A DNA stretch of 64,000 nucleotides from IMG/VR virus record IMGVR_UViG_3300028797_000121, positions 55,594 to 119,593 of that record, one strand, 5' to 3'. This stretch comes from a virus (lineage: Duplodnaviria > Caudoviricetes). Of the stretch, positions 41,299 through 48,672 are shown piece after piece. A program made the translations under genes and the position numbers. The notes under the pieces are model-generated. The model was given only the letters and a program-made list of their open reading frames with translations. It was not told the origin of the DNA and ran no database searches. Within the stretch, counting starts at the first letter, position 1. The number at the start of each line of letters is the position of its first letter.

Positions 41299-41709
41299 AT
41301 GAGTTTATTTTTAGACAAGCCAGCATTATTAGACTGGCCTATTAACCCATTTGATTGGGATAAAGATTTTTACAAATTTATGAGAGATGAAAAGGATATG
41401 CATCCTTATTCAGTAATCAAAAACAAAGATGGTTCTATTACTATTGTTCATAATGTATTAGGACTAGATAAGAAAGATTTAAAATTATCTACAAAAACAA
41501 TTGGTGGAAAAGTATTTATTGTGATTGAAGGTAAAACAGAAGATGAAATTACTAAGAAAATATATTCTGTTAACTCTAAATTCTCTTGCGACATTGACGC
41601 TTGTGATTTAGATAATATTAAATCTACAATGAAAAATGGTTTATTATATATTACCATTGCAACTAAAGAGGCTAAAGAGCCTGAAGAAAAATTCATAGAA
41701 ATTATTTAG
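41299..41709 (+). CDS. Small heat-shock protein (HSP20)
   Basis: GLDKKDLKL...IKSTMKNGLLYITI; AGGAGG RBS. Confidence 0.8.
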   Translation: MSLFLDKPALLDWPINPFDWDKDFYKFMRDEKDMHPYSVIKNKDGSITIVHNVLGLDKKDLKLSTKTIGGKVFIVIEGKTEDEITKKIYSVNSKFSCDIDACDLDNIKSTMKNGLLYITIATKEAKEPEEKFIEII

Positions 41710-41761
41710 TTAAGCCCTTAATATAGAGCTTTACTAATTTAATTTAAAGGAGGAAAAGAGT

Positions 41762-42112
41762 ATGTATTTTTTATCAATGTTAAATATTGATGATGGAGAG
41801 GTAACAGATTTTAAAACACTAGGTTATGTTAGTGATGAAGAAGAAGCAGAAGAAAAGATTAGGGCAAATGAGAATGCTATTTTTATTAAAGGTGAAGATA
41901 GTTATTATGATTACGCTATTATTTCAGATACAACTTCAGGTTTTTCAGTTCGTATTAGAAATTTAAAATGGTTTAAATATAATAGAACTGAAGAAGATGT
42001 ACCTGTAGAACTTTCAACTGGTCCATCTACTGTTAGAAGAGTAGATATTAATATCGATGAAGTTGAAGCACCAGAAGGTTTTGAAAATTATCAACCACAA
42101 ATTTTAGCATAA
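41762..42112 (+). CDS. Hypothetical acidic protein
   Basis: AGGAGG RBS. Confidence 0.7.
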   Translation: MYFLSMLNIDDGEVTDFKTLGYVSDEEEAEEKIRANENAIFIKGEDSYYDYAIISDTTSGFSVRIRNLKWFKYNRTEEDVPVELSTGPSTVRRVDINIDEVEAPEGFENYQPQILA

Positions 42113-42150
42113 TTTATGTTTTATATGGCTCTGAAAAGAGCTTTTTCTGT

Positions 42151-42228
42151 CGGGGATTAGCCCAATTTGGCTAAGGCGCTTGGTTTGGGTCCAAGAGATT
42201 GGGAGTTCAAATCTCTCATCCCCGACCA
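42151..42228 (+). tRNA. tRNA-Pro(TGG)
   Basis: Cloverleaf, CCA. Confidence 0.95.
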
Positions 42229-42288
42229 TTTTTTATTTGACTTTTTAAATTATTTATAATATAATATATGTATAAATAGGAGAAAATT

Positions 42289-42702
42289 ATGAGATTATGG
42301 CATACAAAACTAATTAAAGCATTACCAAAAATACATCTTGTGGCTCAATGGCGAGAAGTTTCTGCTATTGCGGGAGCTATTCAAAAGAATGGGACACCAA
42401 ATCATGTATTAGTAAACTTTGTTTTAGATTATGATTATGATAATTTAATTTCATATGCATATTATTTAAGAGAGGAAATGAAAAATAGGGGTATTAGAAC
42501 TATGGATTCAGTATGGCAAAAGATTGTAAGTTTAAAACCTGATTATACATTATTACCTCTTGAAGATGTGTATAAAGATAAAATGAATGATTTATACTTA
42601 AAAATATGTTATTATAATTTATATGAAAAATATTTATGTGGTATGTTTGATGAAATCGAACCTATTAACAAGGTTTGTAAAGATATACTAGAGTTGGTGT
42701 AA
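42289..42702 (+). CDS. Pyrimidine-dimer DNA glycosylase/endonuclease V-like protein
   Basis: MRLWH...LP..HLVAQWRE...EEM..RG. Confidence 0.7.
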   Translation: MRLWHTKLIKALPKIHLVAQWREVSAIAGAIQKNGTPNHVLVNFVLDYDYDNLISYAYYLREEMKNRGIRTMDSVWQKIVSLKPDYTLLPLEDVYKDKMNDLYLKICYYNLYEKYLCGMFDEIEPINKVCKDILELV

Positions 42703-42761
42703 TGATAGCACGTTAGTTTGTGGCACTGAAGGCGAGGGTTTGATCCCCTCACTCTGGTCCA
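42688..42761 (+). tRNA. tRNA-His(GTG), atypical acceptor end
   Basis: TTAGT-TT GTG GC-ACTGA; U73 then CCA; overlaps the upstream ORF end. Confidence 0.8.
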
Positions 42762-42776
42762 TTAAAGGAGATTATT

Positions 42777-43139
42777 ATGGAATTAAAGAAAATAGAAGAT
42801 TATGAATTAGAAGAATTAGGTAAAAAAAGATTACTTATTAATAAATATGGTATGGATTTATTATATACATATGAAGTAAATAGGTATTGGAAAGAATTCT
42901 TTTTTGATGTAATTGATAAATTAGCTCAAAAGAGTGGTTTTATTATTAGACAAGATGAAAAATCTTTATTTGATGATTTAAAAAAAGATTATTATAATCT
43001 TATTGAAAGAAATAATTTAAACATTGATATTAACGATTATGTAGAAATAAATGATTATATTACATTTGAAGAGTGGTTAAAAGATGAAAACCATGACTAT
43101 GTAATTGTTAAAGATGGCATATATTTATTAGTTAAATAG
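42777..43139 (+). CDS. Hypothetical protein
   Basis: AGGAG RBS. Confidence 0.7.
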   Translation: MELKKIEDYELEELGKKRLLINKYGMDLLYTYEVNRYWKEFFFDVIDKLAQKSGFIIRQDEKSLFDDLKKDYYNLIERNNLNIDINDYVEINDYITFEEWLKDENHDYVIVKDGIYLLVK

Positions 43140-43233
43140 GGGCTTAGTGTAATGGTAGCACAACGGTCTTCAAAACCGTAAAGACGGGTCTCCAAAACCC
43201 GGGGTGTGGGTTCGAATCCTACAGCCTCTGCCA
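43138..43233 (+). tRNA. tRNA-Trp-like gene with two tandem anticodon arms (UCA then CCA); candidate UGA decoder
   Basis: Acceptor AGGGGCT/AGCCTCT, G73, CCA; arm 1 ACGGT-CT TCA AA-ACCGT; arm 2 CGGGT-CT CCA AA-ACCCG; normal D and T arms. Confidence 0.85.
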
Positions 43234-43358
43234 TATGAATTTAAGGTTAATTGGAAATAGTTATTAATGTGAAGCAGCCATATGGTGATTGCACGAAACT
43301 GAACCGCATCCGACGGGGAATTGATAGCTGAAGTATGATATAACTAGCCTTATTAAAT

Positions 43359-43432
43359 AGGGATATCGTTCAATGGTAGGACTGCGGTCTCCAAAACCGC
43401 GTATCTGGGTTCAAGTCCTAGTGTCCCTGCCA
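43359..43432 (+). tRNA. tRNA-Trp(CCA)
   Basis: GCGGT-CT CCA AA-ACCGC, G73, CCA, 74 nt. Confidence 0.95.
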
Positions 43433-43456
43433 AAATTTAAAAAGGAGAGGAATAAA

Positions 43457-43714
43457 ATGGCTAAAAGAAAGAAAGGTAAATCTGGTAGTGGAGAATCTCA
43501 ATATCTTATTACGCAATTAAATTTAGATAGAAAAGGTAAAACTAATAAGAAATTAAAGAGAAATCCTATGGCTCAAAAGAATTTAACAGCCAGAGGAAGA
43601 GAGCTAAAAGAGGCTGCCGCAGAGTATGTAAAATTACACCCTCCAGGTAGCGGAAAGAAAAGACAAGCAAAAATGAACCAAATAGAACAAAGAGTAGCAC
43701 AAGCAAATAATTAA
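43457..43714 (+). CDS. Small basic protein (RKGKTNKKLK family)
   Basis: RBS before ATG 43457; motif shared with 63815..63961. Confidence 0.7.
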   Translation: MAKRKKGKSGSGESQYLITQLNLDRKGKTNKKLKRNPMAQKNLTARGRELKEAAAEYVKLHPPGSGKKRQAKMNQIEQRVAQANN

Positions 43715-43730
43715 TTAATAGGAGGATATT

Positions 43731-44042
43731 ATGTTATTTAAAAGTAAAAAGCAAAAAATTAAAGAAGAATGTTATGATGTAAGTTACTCTTTCATAGAGT
43801 GGTTGAATACAAGATTAAAAGTATTTAGAGAAGACGCAAGTCAAACTATTGATTTAAAATTTCATAAATTTGAGTATAAGGAACAAGAATATGATTTAGG
43901 AACATTACTTAATTTAATGATTGATATAAGTGATGGATTACTTTATGAACAACATTATTATGATTACTCAAAAGATGTTGATGAAAAAGTTGATATGTTA
44001 TTAGATATTTTTAAACTAACTTTTCACTACCTATGGTGGTAA
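43731..44042 (+). CDS. Hypothetical protein
   Basis: AGGAGG RBS; ends LWW. Confidence 0.7.
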   Translation: MLFKSKKQKIKEECYDVSYSFIEWLNTRLKVFREDASQTIDLKFHKFEYKEQEYDLGTLLNLMIDISDGLLYEQHYYDYSKDVDEKVDMLLDIFKLTFHYLWW

Positions 44043-44055
44043 AAAGTTTTTTTAT

Positions 44056-44141
44056 GGGTAATCGGCGAAGATGGCGAGTCGCGGCAGACTGTAAATCTGT
44101 TACCTTAGGTTGAGGTGGTTCGAATCCACTGTTACCCACCA
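44056..44141 (+). tRNA. tRNA-Tyr(GTA)
   Basis: Class II cloverleaf, CCA. Confidence 0.93.
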
Positions 44142-44142
44142 T

Positions 44143-44218
44143 GGCACTGTAGCTCAGTCGGTAGAGCAAGGGACTGAAAATCCCTGTGTCGGTGGTTCGA
44201 TTCCACCCGGTGCCACCA
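44143..44218 (+). tRNA. tRNA-Phe(GAA)
   Basis: Cloverleaf, CCA. Confidence 0.95.
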
Positions 44219-44221
44219 TAT

Positions 44222-44308
44222 GGAGAGTTGTGATAATTGGTAGTCGGGCGGTCTTGAAAACCGTTGGTCTTTGCGGACTTCAGGGTTCGAGTCCCTGGCT
44301 CTCCGCCA
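44222..44308 (+). tRNA. tRNA-Ser(TGA)
   Basis: Long variable arm, G73, CCA. Confidence 0.92.
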
Positions 44309-44309
44309 T

Positions 44310-44386
44310 GCGGGATTAGCTCAGTTGGTTAGAGCACCGATCTGATACGTCGGGGGTCCTAGGTTCAAATCCTAGATCCCGCACCA
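44310..44386 (+). tRNA. tRNA-Ile(GAT)
   Basis: CCGAT-CT GAT AC-GTCGG, CCA. Confidence 0.9.
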
Positions 44387-44389
44387 TAT

Positions 44390-44465
44390 GCACCCATAGC
44401 CAAGCTGGATAAGGCACTGAACTGCAACTTCAGCAACGTAGGTTCGAATCCTACTGGGTGCTCCA
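44390..44465 (+). tRNA. tRNA-Cys(GCA)
   Basis: U73, CCA. Confidence 0.93.
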
Positions 44466-44467
44466 AT

Positions 44468-44557
44468 GTCCAGTTGGGGGAGATGGCTTAACCCAGCACT
44501 TTGCTAAAGTGCCGGCCGTTATGCGGTCCGCTAGTTCGAATCTAGCACTGGACGCCA
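44468..44557 (+). tRNA. tRNA-Ser(GCT)
   Basis: Long variable arm, G73, CCA. Confidence 0.92.
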
Positions 44558-44558
44558 T

Positions 44559-44643
44559 GCGGGAATGGCGTAACGGCAGCCGCGCTGGTCTTAGAAACCA
44601 GTGAACCTAGTTCGTGCAGGTTCAAGTCCTGCTTCCCGCACCA
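44559..44643 (+). tRNA. tRNA-Leu(TAG)
   Basis: Class II, CCA. Confidence 0.93.
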
Positions 44644-44661
44644 AAAAGATAAGGAGAAAGT

Positions 44662-44862
44662 ATGACACTATTAGAATTAAGAACAGCACCAACTGTTGAA
44701 TTAATGAAACATTTAAGTGAAGAAATATCAAAGGAAGAGTATAATGCTATTATTTATGAATTAACTTGTAGAATGTATGTTCCATTTAATAATATGGGTA
44801 TATCATTTGATGACCTATTGTTACAAAATGGATATAATTATACTGAAACAAAGCATAAATAA
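44662..44862 (+). CDS. Hypothetical protein
   Basis: AGGAG RBS. Confidence 0.65.
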   Translation: MTLLELRTAPTVELMKHLSEEISKEEYNAIIYELTCRMYVPFNNMGISFDDLLLQNGYNYTETKHK

Positions 44863-44874
44863 TATGCTTTACTT

Positions 44875-44951
44875 GCCCTCTTAGCTCAGTAGGATAGAGC
44901 AACGCCCTTCTAAGGCGTGTGTCCGGGGTTCGAATCCCTGAGGGGGCGCCA
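44875..44951 (+). tRNA. tRNA-Arg(TCT)
   Basis: Cloverleaf, CCA. Confidence 0.95.
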
Positions 44952-45009
44952 TTTTGTTTTTATTGATTTTTATTAAAAAATATAATATAATATATATGTA
45001 ATCAAATGA

Positions 45010-45179
45010 GAGATTAGTAGTATAAGATGATACAGAACCTAGGCGGGCCCAAAATCTAACAGAGCCTATGGGTGTGTAAGTCTGCTAGTCCATTATATGA
45101 GGCACTGCAGAAGTCTATATAATGTCCAGTACATTGCACGTGGAGTGCAAAAGTTTAGGTGTGAGTCCTAACTAATCTT
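45010..45179 (+). ncRNA. tRNA-shaped RNA with large insert
   Basis: AGATTAG/CTAATCT acceptor, GTAT/ATAC D stem, TTAGG-TGTGAGT-CCTAA T arm. Confidence 0.6.
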
Positions 45180-45187
45180 TTATATAT

Positions 45188-45262
45188 GGCGGCTTCGACA
45201 AGTGGTTAAGTCACCACCCTTTCACGGTGGTATCACGGGTTCGAATCCCGTAGCCGCTACCA
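45188..45262 (+). tRNA. tRNA-Glu(TTC)
   Basis: Cloverleaf, CCA. Confidence 0.93.
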
Positions 45263-45265
45263 TAT

Positions 45266-45352
45266 GGGAGCGTGGCGGAATAGGTAGACGCACAGGACTT
45301 AAAATCCTGTGGTCGTAAGACCGTGAGGGTTCAAGTCCCTCCGCTCCCACCA
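45266..45352 (+). tRNA. tRNA-Leu(TAA)
   Basis: Class II, CCA. Confidence 0.95.
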
Positions 45353-45390
45353 TTATTAAAAACCCTGTTTTATTTTTAGGAGTAAAAAAT

Positions 45391-46335
45391 ATGAATGAAA
45401 AAAACAATGAGTATCTGCCCTCGTTAGAGAGGGTGTTGAAAAAGGTATTTATTTGTTTTATAATTATGATGATGTTTGTTCCTCCTATCTTAACCTCTTG
45501 TTTCGCGGCTACTGAAGTAGAAACAACACAACAAGAGATTTTTGTAAATGAAATTATTAATAATCATATACAAGAAATTAAAGATAAGGGGTATACAGAT
45601 GTTAGATATATAGTATCGCCGCTTTCAGAAATAAAGGGGCATAATTATATATCTAATAATTATGAAACAAATATAGAAAAATTGGTTTTAAAGGAGTATG
45701 TTTTTTCCGTAAAATATTTTGTTGTTTCAAATAAAAAGAATACAATATATTTTAAAACTGAAAAAGAAAAGAAAGATTTTATTAAACAAATAACAAAATA
45801 TCAAAAAAATGATTATGTGGAAAAAATAATGTGGAAACAAATAGGGATTGAAACCGAACAGAAACAAGTCAATAACATTATCAACAAGGCAAAACAAGAT
45901 TATATAGCAAGACAAAAACAAAAAGCTAAAAAGAAAACAACAAATAAAGTTATATATACATCAGGCAATATAGATACTTCTAATGCAATAGTGAGATATG
46001 CTATTCAATTTAATGGAAATCCGTATGTTTCTGGCGGAACTAGTTTAACTAGGGGGGCTGATTGTAGTGGTTTTACACAAAGTATCTATAAGCATTTTGG
46101 GGTTAGTATACCAAGGACACCTGCTGCTCAAGCTAAAGTTGGGAAAAAAGTTAGTTTTAATGAACTTAAATCAGGAGATTTAGTTTTTTATAGCGGCAAC
46201 GGTGGGAAAAGTGTTACGCATGTCGCTTTATATATTGGAGGCGGCAAGATAATTCATGCAAGCACACCAAAAGGTGGAATAAAAATATCCACAGTTAACA
46301 TTATGATTAAAATGACTGCTCGTAGGATTATCTAA
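45391..46335 (+). CDS. Secreted or membrane NlpC/P60 peptidoglycan endopeptidase
   Basis: N-terminal TM; GNPYVSGG, DCSG, GDLVFY, HVALY, IHAS. Confidence 0.92.
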   Translation: MNEKNNEYLPSLERVLKKVFICFIIMMMFVPPILTSCFAATEVETTQQEIFVNEIINNHIQEIKDKGYTDVRYIVSPLSEIKGHNYISNNYETNIEKLVLKEYVFSVKYFVVSNKKNTIYFKTEKEKKDFIKQITKYQKNDYVEKIMWKQIGIETEQKQVNNIINKAKQDYIARQKQKAKKKTTNKVIYTSGNIDTSNAIVRYAIQFNGNPYVSGGTSLTRGADCSGFTQSIYKHFGVSIPRTPAAQAKVGKKVSFNELKSGDLVFYSGNGGKSVTHVALYIGGGKIIHASTPKGGIKISTVNIMIKMTARRII

Positions 46336-46388
46336 AAATAAGACAAATAAAACAGGTGGTTGGAACATATATTATGTTCCAATTATAT

Positions 46389-46465
46389 GGGTTGTTAGTG
46401 CAGTGGTCTACCACGCCTGCCTGTCACGCAGGAGATCACGGGTCCGAATCCCGTACAGCCCGCCA
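46389..46465 (+). tRNA. tRNA-Asp(GTC)
   Basis: Cloverleaf, G73, CCA. Confidence 0.92.
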
Positions 46466-46476
46466 TTTTGTTAATA

Positions 46477-46740
46477 ATTAAGTGTGGCGAAATAGGTAGC
46501 CGCTAAAAGGAGAAGATGCAGGAGTCCGTTAGCTTCAAAGGGTCTAATGGCTGGGGTAGCGTTATGGACATAACATTACAATATGATTATTTATCATAAT
46601 GTTTGGTCGTGCATTCATTCATTATAAATATGAGTAGAGTTGTGGTTCAGACAGTCCAACGAAAAACTAGACAACGAGGCGTCCACGAAACGCCTACAAT
46701 GTTTTGACTTCATGTGAGGTGCAAATCCTCACCACTTAAT
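46477..46740 (+). ncRNA. tRNA-shaped RNA with about 200-nt insert
   Basis: ATTAAGTG/CACTTAAT stem, Leu-like D arm GCG-AAATAGGTAGC-CGC, T arm GTGAGG-TGCAAAT-CCTCAC. Confidence 0.7.
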
Positions 46741-46750
46741 TTTTATATAT

Positions 46751-46827
46751 GGAGGTGTAGCTCAGTCGGTTAGAGCACTTGCCTTACAAGCAAGGGGTCC
46801 TAGGTTCGAGTCCTAGTACCTCCACCA
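46751..46827 (+). tRNA. tRNA-Val(TAC)
   Basis: Cloverleaf, CCA. Confidence 0.95.
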
Positions 46828-46831
46828 TTTT

Positions 46832-46908
46832 GCCTCAGTAGCTCAGTCGGTTAGAGCATCTGACTGTTAATCAGAGGGTCGGAGGTTCAAGTCCTTCCTG
46901 AGGCGCCA
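46832..46908 (+). tRNA. tRNA-Asn(GTT)
   Basis: Cloverleaf, CCA. Confidence 0.95.
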
Positions 46909-46911
46909 TAT

Positions 46912-47329
46912 GGGGATGTTTCTGGTTTCGACAGGAGCAAGCGAACCATCACAATACAAGTCGTAGTTATGCGTTAAATAACACATAAAAATTAAATGGA
47001 AACATTTTATCAAAAATTACTAATAAAGTTAAATCTTTATTCGCATCTAATTGCGTAGCCTTTGCGTAAGACTAAGTAGCTTTTATATGAAGTATCAGCA
47101 GCGGACAGAGAAAAATATAATCGTATTAACTAACAAAGACCGCCATTAAGGTGTCAGCTATCTATGCCAGCCGCACTTAATGTTTACTTTTAGCATAGAC
47201 TTACTCTTGAGATTTGCATATGGTAAAGAGTATAGATAGAACGGTATGCACAAAACTTGTAAGGTAAGAATGAGATTTGTGATTAGTAGTTGTTTTTGGA
47301 CACGGGTTCGAGTCCCGTCATCTCCACCA
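46912..47329 (+). ncRNA. ssrA: tmRNA
   Basis: GGGGATG...GGTTTCGAC 5' end, T arm and CATCTCCACCA 3' end, G3-U; tag ORF 46998-47069 GNILSKITNKVKSLFASNCVAFA*. Confidence 0.95.
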
Positions 47330-47332
47330 TAT

Positions 47333-47415
47333 GTACTCGGATAGTTCAAAATCGGATAGAACACTTAATATTATATTAAGAGGTTAGAGGGTTCTACTCC
47401 CTCCCGGGGATGCTA
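47333..47415 (+). pseudogene. Degenerate tRNA-like element (TTA at loop centre)
   Basis: D arm, CTTAA/TTAAG stem and T arm present; acceptor broken, no CCA. Confidence 0.55.
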
Positions 47416-47416
47416 T

Positions 47417-47492
47417 GCTTCGGTAGCTCAGCAGGTAGAGCATTTGACTTTTAATCAAAGGGTCGAGAGTTCGAATCTCTCCCGAGGCACCA
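47417..47492 (+). tRNA. tRNA-Lys(TTT)
   Basis: Cloverleaf, CCA. Confidence 0.95.
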
Positions 47493-47601
47493 TGAAGAAC
47501 TAATCGCGGTCTGCCGCGTGTTTATTTGATAAATTATAAAAAATATTATATAATATTAATGTAATGAAAATTGAGAAATGAAAAAAAGTTGTAAAAACTT
47601 T

Positions 47602-47630
47602 TTGACAGTTTAAAAAATTTTTGTTATAAT
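47602..47630 (+). promoter_or_regulatory. Perfect sigmaA promoter TTGACA-N17-TATAAT
   Basis: Exact consensus upstream of ORF-free structured RNA. Confidence 0.85.
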
Positions 47631-47855
47631 TATATTACCAAAATTAAATTGGTAATCAATTAGGGTTTTGGTTGTGTGGTAAGGCACTAATTCTTATAGG
47701 TAGCTGACCTTTAACCAGCGGCTTGATAGGGCTTCTACTATCGGTAATTAATTACGTTCGCACTTATATCCATGGGAGTGCAAACGAAATGCAATAGTTA
47801 TTTCATTTCAAAGGTTTTACGGTGTGGTTGTCCTCCAATCTAATCACCCATCATA

Positions 47856-47942
47856 TGTTTCTATCGTTCAATAGCAGGACGGCGATGGCTCCTTGTTTAC
47901 AAGGCGAACCCGCTATACTGGTGCAATTCCAGTTATGAAACA
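47856..47942 (+). ncRNA. tRNA-shaped RNA with TGCAATT T-loop
   Basis: TGTTTC/GAAACA, GTTC/GGAC D stem, ACTGG-TGCAATT-CCAGT. Confidence 0.55.
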
Positions 47943-48070
47943 CCTAAAGCGAAGTTGTGATGCTTTAAAATAATAACAATTTCATATTTTCATTTCTTCC
48001 AAAGAGAATATATTAAGTTAGAGGGAATTTTTAAGCAAGTTCCCTTTAATCTGTAATGAAAGGGAAAATT

Positions 48071-48622
48071 ATGGAAACAATTAAATTAGATGATAAAAAA
48101 TTTAAAATAAAACTTCCAAAAAAGAAAACTTTATTTTTGTTTCTAGTTCCAAGTGTAGTTATATTATTCATTGTTTTATTTAAAATATTTTTCAAAGTGG
48201 GCTATGCTTACTATGAAATTCAAGAAACTGGTGAAAAGATTAAAATAGGGTATTCAGTTAATAAAAGTTTAGTTGAAGATACTATGTATGACTATATGAA
48301 AGAAATTAAGGAACAAGGGTATGATATTATTGAATTTAATATGAAAAAATATTATACTAAAAAGTTTGCTATTTTTCCAAAGAGTAAATATAATTACTCT
48401 GAGGTCATTTCACGCATAAAAGAGGGAACCTATGTATCAATAGATGCAAGTAAGATTACAGTTAATAATGTATTTATTTATGTAAACTTTAAAGAGGGTA
48501 AAAATATTTTTGAAAAATTCAAAAAATTTAAACCAACTTTGGAAAATGTATATGTTGATATTTCTCAAATATGAACAAGTGATGAGATAGAAAATTATTT
48601 TAATGAAATATCTAAAAAATAG
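48071..48622 (+). CDS. Membrane-anchored hypothetical protein; code 4
   Basis: N-terminal TM; TGA 48572 read through to TAG 48620-48622. Confidence 0.65.
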
Positions 48623-48672
48623 TTGAAAGTTTTAAAAATTTTTTATATAATAAATATGTAATTAATAATTAC

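Noticed and set aside
43173-43195. Canonical position-37/38 intron in the dual tRNA
   Set aside because: Splicing there pairs ACGGT with ACCCG (two mismatches); only whole-unit removal restores a proper stem.
43138-43233. Selenocysteine tRNA (UCA anticodon, about 95 nt, long extra arm)
   Set aside because: It has a 7-bp acceptor and ordinary 4-bp D stem rather than the Sec 8/5 fold, the extra arm is an exact CCA anticodon arm, no sel genes are present, and TGA sites align with Trp. Charging by SerRS is not formally excluded.
40753-47364. Track ORFs 40753, 44110, 45222, 47158 and the N-terminal extensions of 41191 and 43373
   Set aside because: They overlap tRNA or tmRNA genes.
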